The translations under genes were made by a program, and so were the position numbers. Under the pieces are notes generated by a model. The model ran no database searches. It saw only the letters and a program-made list of their open reading frames with translations, and was not told the origin of the DNA. From the IMG/VR virus record IMGVR_UViG_3300050120_000230, positions 248,001 through 312,000 of that record: DNA of 64,000 nt; one strand, 5' to 3'. Shown in pieces: positions 17,441 to 25,742 of this stretch. Position 1 is the stretch's first letter. Every line of letters starts with the position of its first letter.

Positions 17441-18139
17441 ATGAAAAGGATTCTGGAAATCCGCTCCGCTGAAGGCGGCGCCGATTCTCAACTGTTCGTC
17501 CGCGATCTCTCGGACGCCTATCTTCGCCTGTTCGCCCGCAAGGGTTGAAAGTCCCGCGTCGTAAGGGAACGCCCATCTGACGCGGGCATAAGCGAGATCG
17601 CCTTCGAAATCGAAGGCAAGGGTCTCGAACCTCTCAAAAATGAAATCGGCGGACACCGCATTCAGCGTGTCCCTCCCACCGAAAGGCGCGGCCGTGTCCA
17701 CACGAGCACCGTGACCGTTGCTGTCATGGATGCGGATGTTACGATGCTGTCCACCTTTTCGGCGCGGGGGGCTGGCGATTTCCGAATCGAATGGTTTTCC
17801 GGTTCGGGAGCAGGAGGCCAGCACCGTAACAAACATCAGAACTCATGTCGGGTGCATCATGTTCCCAGCGGCATGTCCGAAGCCCGCCAAGGTCGCAAGC
17901 GCGAGGCAAACCTCAAAGATGCTATGGATGGTTTGACCAAGGCGCTCGACGCCGCTCAGCGAGGTGAACTCGGTGCGGTTGTCTCGACGGAACGCAAGGG
18001 TCAAGTCGGAAGTGGTATGCGAGGCGATAAGACCGTGACTATTCGTTTCCAAGACGATAAAGTCGCGCACCACATGACCGGCAAGACGATGTCCGCGACC
18101 CGCTACATGAAAGGGTTCATGGACGAGGTTTGGAGCTAA
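17441..18139 (+). CDS. prfA-like: RF1-like peptide chain release factor (lacks domain 1) with in-frame UGA at codon 36
   Basis: MKRILEIRSAEGG...FARKG*KSR...GGHRIQRVPPTERRGRVHTSTVTVAV...GAGGQHRNK; TGA at 17546-17548; the ORF track reports only 17711-18139. Confidence 0.85.
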
Positions 18140-18143
18140 GCCC

Positions 18144-18401
18144 GTGAAAGAGACGTATCGTTTCAACAACGGTGAACACACCATCGAGCCGGGCAAAACC
18201 CGCGTCTCGGCGGTGCGTGTCATATCCAATGAAGATTGGAAAACGGCGATGGCCCATGGCCAACGTAGCTTCGAAGTCGGAGAGCAAGCAACGCTCTCCG
18301 ATGCCATCGTCAATTTCTATGGCTCATACGCCAGAGTTCAATTCGATAACGTGGACTTCAGCGTCTACGTCAAATGGTCTGATCTCAACTGGGTCGGCTG
18401 A
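18144..18401 (+). CDS. Hypothetical protein
   Basis: Co-directional gene run. Confidence 0.55.
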   Translation: MKETYRFNNGEHTIEPGKTRVSAVRVISNEDWKTAMAHGQRSFEVGEQATLSDAIVNFYGSYARVQFDNVDFSVYVKWSDLNWVG

Positions 18402-18784
18402 TGACAACCATAAAGAAACTATCGAACCCCGTATTCCTCATCGAGACGACTCTCACGAACATCGTCTCACAATGGTTCCATGGCCAATATTGGAATGAGG
18501 AAACGAAACTTCGGGTGTCTTTGAATGCACCCGTGCACCCTAAAGACTACGATGGCTTCGATAAGCCCGGTTACGATTGGAAGGGTTGGACCATCGTCGG
18601 TCAGACGCCACTCAAGCCACAAGATCGCGGCTATGCCGGACCCACGAGCACCTACACAAGAGAAGGAACCGTGGGTTCTATTCGCGTCTACAACAGCGGA
18701 GAGATTATGCTCTTCATTCAAGAAGAGTATGGCTACATGTTTGACGACGCCATGGCGATCTATCGAAAGATGGAACGCTCTTAG
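18401..18784 (+). CDS. Hypothetical protein
   Basis: TGATG overlap. Confidence 0.55.
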   Translation: MTTIKKLSNPVFLIETTLTNIVSQWFHGQYWNEETKLRVSLNAPVHPKDYDGFDKPGYDWKGWTIVGQTPLKPQDRGYAGPTSTYTREGTVGSIRVYNSGEIMLFIQEEYGYMFDDAMAIYRKMERS

Positions 18785-19401
18785 ATCGGGCTACACGAGT
18801 AGACGAGACGGAGCCTTGCTTTGAAGGCGCCCAACACATTGTGCCACTCACCGTTCTTGAACGAGATGGCGTGCGGCCAGCCGCCCGCATGAATCTGTGC
18901 GATGAGCACAGCATTGGGATCATTTTCCTTGAGCCACACTTGAGCTTGCCGGACGTTCATCGGCGTCATCATCCATGGCATCTTGTAGTAGCCGTCCATT
19001 TTCCAGCCAAGTTCACGCATGATCGCTGATTTGTGTGCGGCGTTGAGGCCGTAGCGGCTGAAATAGGGCTTCGCCACTTCGAAGACTTCTTCCCACGTTT
19101 TTCCGGTGACTTCGGCCATGGCGATCACCGCACAGCTACCGATGTCGCGAGCTTGCTCGGGGGTATAGCTGCCTTGATTTCGATCCCGGCCGCCGCCTTC
19201 TTCGAGCTTGCTGATGCGGGGCTTGAAGAGCTTCTGATCGCCCTTGGTGGTCTTGAGGACCGGCTGATTGTGATCGTCCTTCGTGAACCCCTTGACGATG
19301 GCCTTGCGGTTCTTGAACTTACCCACCTTCACTTCATCACCGACTTCGATGGTCGGAAGTTCGAGGCTCTCGATTTCGGTCATGATCTCGTGGGCACGCA
19401 T
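18781..19401 (-). CDS. Bipartite protein: small beta domain plus putative papain-like (C39-like) peptidase; capsid-targeting-like N-terminus
   Basis: MRAHEIMTE; SCAVIAMAEVTG...GWPHAISF. Confidence 0.5.
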   Translation of the reverse strand: MRAHEIMTEIESLELPTIEVGDEVKVGKFKNRKAIVKGFTKDDHNQPVLKTTKGDQKLFKPRISKLEEGGGRDRNQGSYTPEQARDIGSCAVIAMAEVTGKTWEEVFEVAKPYFSRYGLNAAHKSAIMRELGWKMDGYYKMPWMMTPMNVRQAQVWLKENDPNAVLIAQIHAGGWPHAISFKNGEWHNVLGAFKARLRLVYSCSPI

Positions 19402-19405
19402 CCGA

Positions 19406-19422
19406 TATTTAGTCCCTAAATA
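19406..19422. promoter_or_regulatory. Back-to-back late promoters (TATTTAG / CTAAATA)
   Basis: 19406-19412 on minus and 19416-19422 on plus; each 4-5 nt from a start codon. Confidence 0.7.
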
Positions 19423-19427
19423 GCCTC

Positions 19428-20036
19428 GTGCGTATTTTTCAACTCTTCGAGGCGGCGAGTTTGCCCATGGACCCGGAATCTCGGTTCCGCCGGGCCGAAG
19501 AGCTTGGTTTCACCGTCAAAGCGTTCCATGGCACCGGAGCAGACTTCCATTCGTTCTCGCTGGCCAAAGGTAAGCCTGCGCGCGGTGGTGGCTACGCCCC
19601 GATGTTCTCGAACGTCCCCGGCGAGGCTGGCGGCTACGCCAACAAGATCAAGGGTCATGTTCTTCCCGTTCTGCTGAGAATGCAGCGGCCGATGGAAATC
19701 AGTCACCTCAAGAAACCCGGCATGGACAAGCTGCTCGCCGGTGTCCCTTCACGATGGGATGACGGCGCCAAGAGTACCCGAGACGTGATGGATTCGGTGT
19801 GGAAATACTGGTTCGACAAACTGGGTGACCAAAAGAAAGCATGGACCGAAGTGTATCGCCACTTCGCCGCGCTGGGATACGACAGTTTCGTGTTCGCCGA
19901 CATCGAGCGCGACTATCCCGATGGCGCCACGGATTCGTTGCACACGAAGTTCGTCATCTTCGATCCAAAAAATGTTCGTTCGATTTTTGCGGCATTCGAT
20001 CCCAGCAAGGCGAACTCCGCGAACCTGCTGGCTTAG
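19428..20036 (+). CDS. ART-PolyVal-like ADP-ribosyltransferase domain protein with capsid-targeting-like N-terminus
   Basis: MRIFQLFEA; AFHGT..F..F...MFS...A.GYA...VLPVLL...GYDS...IFDPKNVRSIFAAFDP. Confidence 0.65.
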   Translation: MRIFQLFEAASLPMDPESRFRRAEELGFTVKAFHGTGADFHSFSLAKGKPARGGGYAPMFSNVPGEAGGYANKIKGHVLPVLLRMQRPMEISHLKKPGMDKLLAGVPSRWDDGAKSTRDVMDSVWKYWFDKLGDQKKAWTEVYRHFAALGYDSFVFADIERDYPDGATDSLHTKFVIFDPKNVRSIFAAFDPSKANSANLLA

Positions 20037-20578
20037 CCGTGCATCATCTTGAAGACGGCCGCTGCCTGCATATCGTCGAACGAGAAAATCAAAGTCCCGT
20101 CTCGACCTTGCCACCTACGACGATTCGTCCGCAATTTCATCGACCATACTTTGGCGTTTGATTGGGTCTCGACCCACTCCGCGATTTCATCCAAATCGGC
20201 CGCCTTCGCTTCGGCAACTTCCACCTCAAACTCTTGCGGCTCCATACTGAACCTAACCGTGAATTTTTCGGGCACCGCTATCCAACAGTCCGCAGCATCG
20301 GGTTCGTCGGCCGCCGTGACCAATCGGAACATGTAGACAGGTTCTTCGTCGCGTTTTTTCGCATAGCCTTTGCCAACGACGTTCAGGAACACCGGGATGG
20401 AAGACATGCGCTCGTATTCGGCTTCCTCGGCCTTTCGCTCGGCGACCGCATTTTTGTAAGCCGGGGTCTCCTGTAGCTCTGCCATGGCGGATTGCATGGG
20501 AGTGAGTTTATATCGGTCTGTGCGGCTTTTGTTGCATAGGTCGGCTCGCATCTGAGCGGCCTCTTCTTCCTCGGTCAT
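20033..20578 (-). CDS. DAxxFK[LM]xW-family protein
   Basis: W.E...W...FSFDDMQAAAVFKMMHG. Confidence 0.65.
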   Translation of the reverse strand: MTEEEEAAQMRADLCNKSRTDRYKLTPMQSAMAELQETPAYKNAVAERKAEEAEYERMSSIPVFLNVVGKGYAKKRDEEPVYMFRLVTAADEPDAADCWIAVPEKFTVRFSMEPQEFEVEVAEAKAADLDEIAEWVETQSNAKVWSMKLRTNRRRWQGRDGTLIFSFDDMQAAAVFKMMHG

Positions 20579-20753
20579 TTGGCGGCGCCTTTCATTAACA
20601 CCACATATTTATTTCGGCCGCCTGTCACGTTTGCCGAATCTCGCCTCCTTAAAGATAGGAGCGCAACCAAACGCGTTTCTCACACACCGTAAATGTGTGT
20701 GGCCCTTATCGTTTTGCGCGCTCTGGTTATTCATCATCAGAAGGAGACGAATC

Positions 20754-20963
20754 ATGGGACAAATGCTGATCTTCCCCGAGTGGGCTTTCAAGGTGTCGAA
20801 TGCCGAGATGCTCATCATGCTCAAGGCGCTCGGTGGCCGCCTTCGAAATGACGACGAGATCGCCGAAGCGAAGGAACTGGGTGACAAGCTCACTCGCAGT
20901 CGCATCTCTGAGTTGGAGCATGTGACCACCCACCTCAAGAAGTCGATGGAGGAAAGTAGTTGA
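20754..20963 (+). CDS. Hypothetical protein
   Basis: SD AAGGAG upstream. Confidence 0.6.
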   Translation: MGQMLIFPEWAFKVSNAEMLIMLKALGGRLRNDDEIAEAKELGDKLTRSRISELEHVTTHLKKSMEESS

Positions 20964-20989
20964 CGAGAGCTAAACTCTCGGACTAAATA
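20960..20989 (+). promoter_or_regulatory. Hybrid promoter TTGACG-N17-CTAAATA with inverted repeat CGAGAG-ctaaa-CTCTCG in the spacer
   Basis: Directly visible; predicted TSS at or near ATG 20995. Confidence 0.6.
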
Positions 20990-20994
20990 GGAGG

Positions 20995-21036
20995 ATGAGA
21001 ATGACGGTCACCACGCGAACAACGACCACCGGCTGA
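20995..21036 (+). CDS. Thr-rich leader peptide MRMTVTTRTTTTG (putative attenuator uORF)
   Basis: 7 of 13 codons are Thr; stop codon inside a hairpin; 34 nt upstream of tRNA-Thr genes. Confidence 0.7.
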   Translation: MRMTVTTRTTTTG

Positions 21037-21070
21037 GCCCCTGCAAGGGTTTCAGTCGTAGAGGTTGCGC

Positions 21071-21153
21071 GCCACGGTGGCTCAGCGGCGACAGCGCGTC
21101 ATTCGTAATGACGAATACAAACACCGGGGGTTCGAGTCCCTCCCGTGGCACCA
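21071..21153 (+). tRNA. tRNA-Thr(CGT), enlarged variable loop, encoded CCA
   Basis: Acceptor GCCACGG/CCGTGGC; anticodon stem CGTCA/TGACG, loop TT-CGT-AA; T-loop TTCGAGT. Confidence 0.85.
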
Positions 21154-21171
21154 ACCTCTCATCCTCCATAT

Positions 21172-21335
21172 GCCGGTTTAGCTCAGTTGGTAGAGCAGTG
21201 GTTTTGTTTCCGTGGCGGGTAATAGCCTCGGGTCGAGCGATCTTCGGATCGCTCCCTTTGAAGGACAGAGAGCCTAAAGCTCACAAGTCCAAGGAAAACC
21301 GAAGGTCGCGGGTTCGAGTCCTGCAACCGGCACCA
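21172..21335 (+). tRNA. tRNA-Thr(TGT) interrupted by an 88-nt insert (21208-21295) directly after the anticodon
   Basis: Exons GCCGGTT...GTGGTTT-TGT and AA-ACCGA-AGGTC-GCGGG-TTCGAGT-CCTGC-AACCGGC-ACCA rebuild a canonical tRNA. Confidence 0.8.
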
Positions 21336-21541
21336 TTTTACCAGCTTTCGCCAGCAGCAATATCTTGTCGTGCAGATCGAAATGCAAAAAAACGTGGATA
21401 AATAATACCTGAAAGTCCCCACCCAAAGATGGACAAGACTCTTCAGGGAACATGATGGGGCCTATGACAGTCCTATTTAGTTTGTTCCCACACGCCAGTC
21501 ATGGCCAAACCCCAACAAACCAAAATTAAGGAACACACATT

Positions 21542-21961
21542 ATGGGAATATTACCCCCAAAATTACTGCCGCAACTGCCCAAACTTCCACCACTCGCCCC
21601 CGGCTTGACGCCCGACAGTGCCATGTTGCCGCCCGGCCTTAGAGCAATCTTTGACTCCAAGCCCAACTCTTTGTTGGAAAAACTCAGTCTTGGAGTCCAA
21701 GCACCCAAGGACGGTTTTTTCGGTAGCGATTTTCAAGCCCTTTTGAAACGCGAGACAGTTTTGAGCAAAATGTCATTTGCTCCTCCTCCTCTTGCTCCTC
21801 TCGCCCCTCCACCTCGCTCACCTCAAATCATCTACTCTCACGAATACACCCGCATCGACATAGATACTATACGAGTTACTATAACGATGCAGTGTGGTGG
21901 AAAAGTCATCCATGTGGAAAGCGAAACAGTTGATCTTCGAGAACTCAACTGGGTATCGTAA
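21542..21961 (+). CDS. Proline-rich hypothetical protein
   Basis: SD AAGGA; multiple PP/PPP motifs. Confidence 0.5.
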   Translation: MGILPPKLLPQLPKLPPLAPGLTPDSAMLPPGLRAIFDSKPNSLLEKLSLGVQAPKDGFFGSDFQALLKRETVLSKMSFAPPPLAPLAPPPRSPQIIYSHEYTRIDIDTIRVTITMQCGGKVIHVESETVDLRELNWVS

Positions 21962-21999
21962 GATAAACCAGACACCGCGCCTTTGGTAGGGCGCGGTGT

Positions 22000-23760
22000 T
22001 CACCTTCGAATGCCGTGCTTCTCGATGTAAGCCGGGATGCCCGGCCGCAATTCGATCATGTGCTTGTAGCTCATGTGCTGTTCGAAATACTCGGCGTAGG
22101 TAGCTGCGTCTCTCATCGGCAAAGACTTGAACGCCATGTCGAACGCTTTGATGTTGTGGTTCATGAGTGTCGTGAGGAAGCGTGACCAGTTCATGCCGGT
22201 GTCAGCTTCGCTCTTGTAAGACATCACGAAATATTTGTAGAGCAACTTGGGTGAGATGTTCTGCGGCGAGCGCGAACCGAATGCCATCACTTCCCTTGTG
22301 AAAGCTTGGATATCATGCGTCATCGCCCAATCAACCAGTTCGTCATTGGCCGCCCGCCCGTGATGGTTCTGCCCAATGACCTTACCGATGTAGCTGGGAT
22401 CGTTTTTCATGATCGTGATGAGTGCCTCGGTTGAGAACGGCACCTTATCGAAGTAGTAGGCGAACTTCGTGGCGTTCTCGTTGAGATAGGCAAGAACTCC
22501 GGGGCGAACGATCTCGGCATGTAGGAACTTTTCGAGTGAGTCCGGGTGCTGTTTCAGAAGAGCTACGAGTTTTTCGTCCGTCATGGGCATCCAACGGATG
22601 AGTCCGATGTAGCCGAAGTAGACGAACTCTATCCAATGCTTCTCGAAAAATTCCTGCGTTCCCTTCGGTAGAATGTCGAACGGGATCAGATGCGGCATCG
22701 ACGACAGGTTCTTTTTCATCACGTCTTCCGCGAGCCCGGCCGCAACTTTTCCGGCCTTCAAATCGCGCATGAACATGCCGGGATTTTCCGAGTAGATTTG
22801 GACGTAACCGCGTTCGCTTTGCACATCGGCGCGATTGTCTACGACTTCCAACACCCGCAGATTTTCTTTCGAGAAGAAGACCGCCTGTGTGGGTTCATTT
22901 TCATGGATGATGCCCCTGTCAGTCGGATCGACCACACCGGAGTATCCGAGCGCACGAAACAGCTTCGACCATTGAGCGCGGACGGTGGCTTTCGCTGCTT
23001 CGACGATCACACTCTCGCTGGTGTATTCGTCTTCTTCGGCCTCATCGTCGTGATCTTCCCAATCATCGTCTTCATCATCGTCGGGCACGAAGTCGTCTTC
23101 ATATTCTTCGTCCTCATCGTCGTCTTCGCCATATTTGATCTCGACGAAATCGCGAGCGTCGGGATTGCCATGAACGCCGTTGGCGATATTGGTCAAATAC
23201 ATCGCAGCGATGCGGGTCACGTTCCAGAAAGCGCCAGCAGTCGATTGAACCAGTGCATGTCGTTCGGCACGGTCCACGTCGATGCGGATGTGCAAACCTT
23301 GGTGATCCATAATAGTCTGGATTTTTTCAACATCTGCTCGCATATCGGCGCGGCTGTAGGTGGACAGGTCGAGTATCTTGCCGCCTGCACGGAAGACCTG
23401 AATGTAAGGCTCGTTGCCTGCGAAAGGCACGACGCCTTTTTCTTTGATGACGTAATCGACCGGATAGGAATAGATGCCAATCGGGGTGTCGTATTGTGAT
23501 TTCGGATTGATACCGAACTTCGTGCCGCGAACGTTGTGGGCACCCTTCTTCGAACTTACGCCGCCTTTGAAGGCAGTATCGGCGCGTAGCTTGTTGCCAT
23601 GACTGGCGACGCCAACATCAGAGACGTAGCTGACGAACACGTCTGTCTGTCCCGCATATTTGGACAATTCCTCTACGGTCGAACGCTTCGGCGCCAACCC
23701 GCCTGCTCGGCGCTTCTCACTGAGGAGAGAACGGTTGTTGAAAAGTTCGACCAGACGCAT
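22000..23760 (-). CDS. Large capsid-targeted-type protein with central Asp/Glu tract
   Basis: MRLVELF...LLSE; ATAAATA 4 nt upstream; DDDEDEEYEDD... tract. Confidence 0.75.
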   Translation of the reverse strand: MRLVELFNNRSLLSEKRRAGGLAPKRSTVEELSKYAGQTDVFVSYVSDVGVASHGNKLRADTAFKGGVSSKKGAHNVRGTKFGINPKSQYDTPIGIYSYPVDYVIKEKGVVPFAGNEPYIQVFRAGGKILDLSTYSRADMRADVEKIQTIMDHQGLHIRIDVDRAERHALVQSTAGAFWNVTRIAAMYLTNIANGVHGNPDARDFVEIKYGEDDDEDEEYEDDFVPDDDEDDDWEDHDDEAEEDEYTSESVIVEAAKATVRAQWSKLFRALGYSGVVDPTDRGIIHENEPTQAVFFSKENLRVLEVVDNRADVQSERGYVQIYSENPGMFMRDLKAGKVAAGLAEDVMKKNLSSMPHLIPFDILPKGTQEFFEKHWIEFVYFGYIGLIRWMPMTDEKLVALLKQHPDSLEKFLHAEIVRPGVLAYLNENATKFAYYFDKVPFSTEALITIMKNDPSYIGKVIGQNHHGRAANDELVDWAMTHDIQAFTREVMAFGSRSPQNISPKLLYKYFVMSYKSEADTGMNWSRFLTTLMNHNIKAFDMAFKSLPMRDAATYAEYFEQHMSYKHMIELRPGIPAYIEKHGIRR

Positions 23761-23805
23761 CCGATATTTATGTGCGTTTCGACCGGCATCTGTTAGGATT
23801 CAAAA

Positions 23806-24069
23806 ATGAGCTTTTGGCAACTCGCGAAAGAAGAATTCGCCTACGTGAACCGGTCCTATTGGATGCCGTTCACGTTCACATGGGTGCTGTGCACCAAGGG
23901 TTGGCCAGCGGCGAAGAAGCACTTTCTCGACGCATGGAACGCTCAGAGCCCGTTGCTGCGGAATCGCGAGCATCCTACACCGCCGGAAGGCTATGTGGAT
24001 GGGTGGGGCGTGGACAAGGACGACATCAAAGTTCCACCCATCGTCGTGAAGGTCCCTAAGCGACCTTGA
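23806..24069 (+). CDS. Hypothetical protein
   Basis: SD-like AGGA upstream. Confidence 0.5.
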   Translation: MSFWQLAKEEFAYVNRSYWMPFTFTWVLCTKGWPAAKKHFLDAWNAQSPLLRNREHPTPPEGYVDGWGVDKDDIKVPPIVVKVPKRP

Positions 24070-24559
24070 GCTTCGTCTTTTTTGGCATCCGCGCCGACAC
24101 CGGCATCGCCGCTTCCAACTTCCAGACTTGTTCGAGCGTGCATCCATTCATGCGCGGGCCGAAATAGCTCCGCACGAAATTGGCTCGATGAGCGATGGCT
24201 TGCCCTTCGTCGGCCGAAATGTGCTCAACCAGTATGTTCCTGAAATCGTTACCCGGCATACAAAGGAAGAAGCCGTTGTCATCGCGGAATAACGTCCAGT
24301 CGAACATCATGCTGGGAGTGGACAGCTTCAGATGTAGGTTCCGCTCGACATAGCGACTGGCGTGCATGATTGCATCATGCTTGGAAAGTCCGAAATAATC
24401 TATGGGTGTCGGTAAGCCCATCGAGTCCATCGCGACGGCCACGTAACCGTTCCCAGTTGGATGCACGTCCAACCTGAGAATGTTAGTTCCGTTTTCGGTG
24501 GCGATGTAAATCGGTTCGCCCATAACGTCACTGGCCCCCGACGACTCGAACGACGACAT
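24056..24559 (-). CDS. Hypothetical protein
   Basis: Minus-strand gene run. Confidence 0.55.
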   Translation of the reverse strand: MSSFESSGASDVMGEPIYIATENGTNILRLDVHPTGNGYVAVAMDSMGLPTPIDYFGLSKHDAIMHASRYVERNLHLKLSTPSMMFDWTLFRDDNGFFLCMPGNDFRNILVEHISADEGQAIAHRANFVRSYFGPRMNGCTLEQVWKLEAAMPVSARMPKKTKLKVA

Positions 24560-24815
24560 CGCCTTCGTTTTGATTGTCGCGAATGTGCGGGAGGGCGCCC
24601 AAGCCCTGACCCGGAAGGAACTCGCCTTCCTTCATGCCGACGATCCGAAAATCGCAGTCGTTGTTGCCGAACGGAATGCGCTTCACCCGCTCCAACGCCA
24701 TGGTGGGATCGCTATCTCCGATCTCGATTTCGACTGTAACCAAATAGCTCTTAAGCATCTGATCTCCCAACGTGCCTTGACACGCAGAAAATACCTTAGA
24801 AGCAAGAACCGTCAA
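24528..24815 (-). CDS. Hypothetical protein
   Basis: Minus-strand gene run. Confidence 0.45.
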   Translation of the reverse strand: MTVLASKVFSACQGTLGDQMLKSYLVTVEIEIGDSDPTMALERVKRIPFGNNDCDFRIVGMKEGEFLPGQGLGALPHIRDNQNEGDVVVRVVGGQ

Positions 24816-24821
24816 TGATAT

Positions 24822-25229
24822 TCAGCCAATCCACCGGAGCTTGAAGTAGAGAGCGTCATTAGACGTGGCGAACTCAACCGTATAGCGCACCATTTCTTCT
24901 TGGGTGGCGTGATAATATTCGGCGTGGCGGCGCGGATAGGCCACGTTGCCTTTCAGATTTTCCATGCACCATTCTTTGACCGGCGCCTTCAGTTTCACGC
25001 GCCATTGTTCGCGCAAGATCGAAGTCGGGATCGGCGACGATATGTCGAGAATGTCTTCGGCTTGATCCGGTGGAACGAAGATGCGGTGCGTCTTGACTTG
25101 AACGTTTAGCGGAAAGGACACGATCTTCGATTTGTCATCGTCCAGAAACCGAATCATCGTATCACTCGGAAAGTCGCTCATGCTCAGCAGACTTTTGATC
25201 GTGATTTTTTCGACTGTCATGACCACCAT
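24822..25229 (-). CDS. DAxxFK[LM]xW-family protein (tandem array, member 8)
   Basis: DALYFKLRWIG. Confidence 0.75.
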   Translation of the reverse strand: MVVMTVEKITIKSLLSMSDFPSDTMIRFLDDDKSKIVSFPLNVQVKTHRIFVPPDQAEDILDISSPIPTSILREQWRVKLKAPVKEWCMENLKGNVAYPRRHAEYYHATQEEMVRYTVEFATSNDALYFKLRWIG

Positions 25230-25531
25230 CGCATCTTGAAGTGAATCGCTGACATCTCATCCATGAACCAGATCGCGTTGACCGGATCGTCTTGGTTGAT
25301 GATTCTCGGCATCGGAATATGTTCCATGCAATCGTATCGAAATCCGGCCGGAATGTAGTGGAAGCCCACTGCACCTTTCACGTTGTCGTCCATCCATGCG
25401 AGCACGTCATCACGAAGGCGTTGGACGGTCTTTCCGCCCTCGTGGGTTCTCACGACCAGATCGTTTGGTATCAGGCAGCGGATAGCAGTTTCTATTTCAT
25501 CTACGCTCGGCCAGCGATTCTCAACCATCAT
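25217..25531 (-). CDS. DAxxFK[LM]xW-family protein (array member 7)
   Basis: SAIHFKMRWWS. Confidence 0.75.
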   Translation of the reverse strand: MMVENRWPSVDEIETAIRCLIPNDLVVRTHEGGKTVQRLRDDVLAWMDDNVKGAVGFHYIPAGFRYDCMEHIPMPRIINQDDPVNAIWFMDEMSAIHFKMRWWS

Positions 25532-25742
25532 GCTTATCTCCCCAACGTAGCTTGAAATGGAGATAGTCTTCGTCGCATTTGAAGGTGATGATGCAGACGG
25601 TGTTGAAGAAATCCATACCCCAGTGCCACTCGTCGCGCATGTTCAGTTTCAGCCACGCGAGAACCTCTGGCGAAGGCCGCCAAGTGTCGTATTTGGTGAA
25701 TACCGAATGTTCTTGGGAAATGGTGATACAACCGCCAGACAT
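25521..25742 (-). CDS. DAxxFK[LM]xW-family protein (array member 6)
   Basis: DYLHFKLRWG; start overlaps upstream TGA. Confidence 0.7.
   Translation of the reverse strand: MSGGCITISQEHSVFTKYDTWRPSPEVLAWLKLNMRDEWHWGMDFFNTVCIITFKCDEDYLHFKLRWGDKHDG

Noticed and set aside
17546-17548. Genome-wide UGA-to-Trp recoding
   Set aside because: Many genes end in TGA with TGATG/ATGA coupling to the next start, and other genes show no in-frame TGA; the interruption is specific to the RF gene
21208-21295. Group I/II intron or known small ribozyme in tRNA-Thr
   Set aside because: 88 nt is too short and no catalytic-core consensus was recognised
21446-21506. HDV-like/theta ribozyme
   Set aside because: P1/P2-like pseudoknot exists, but no P1.1 G after P1 and no proper P3/L3; not adjacent to the tRNA 3' end; kept only as an unclassified structure
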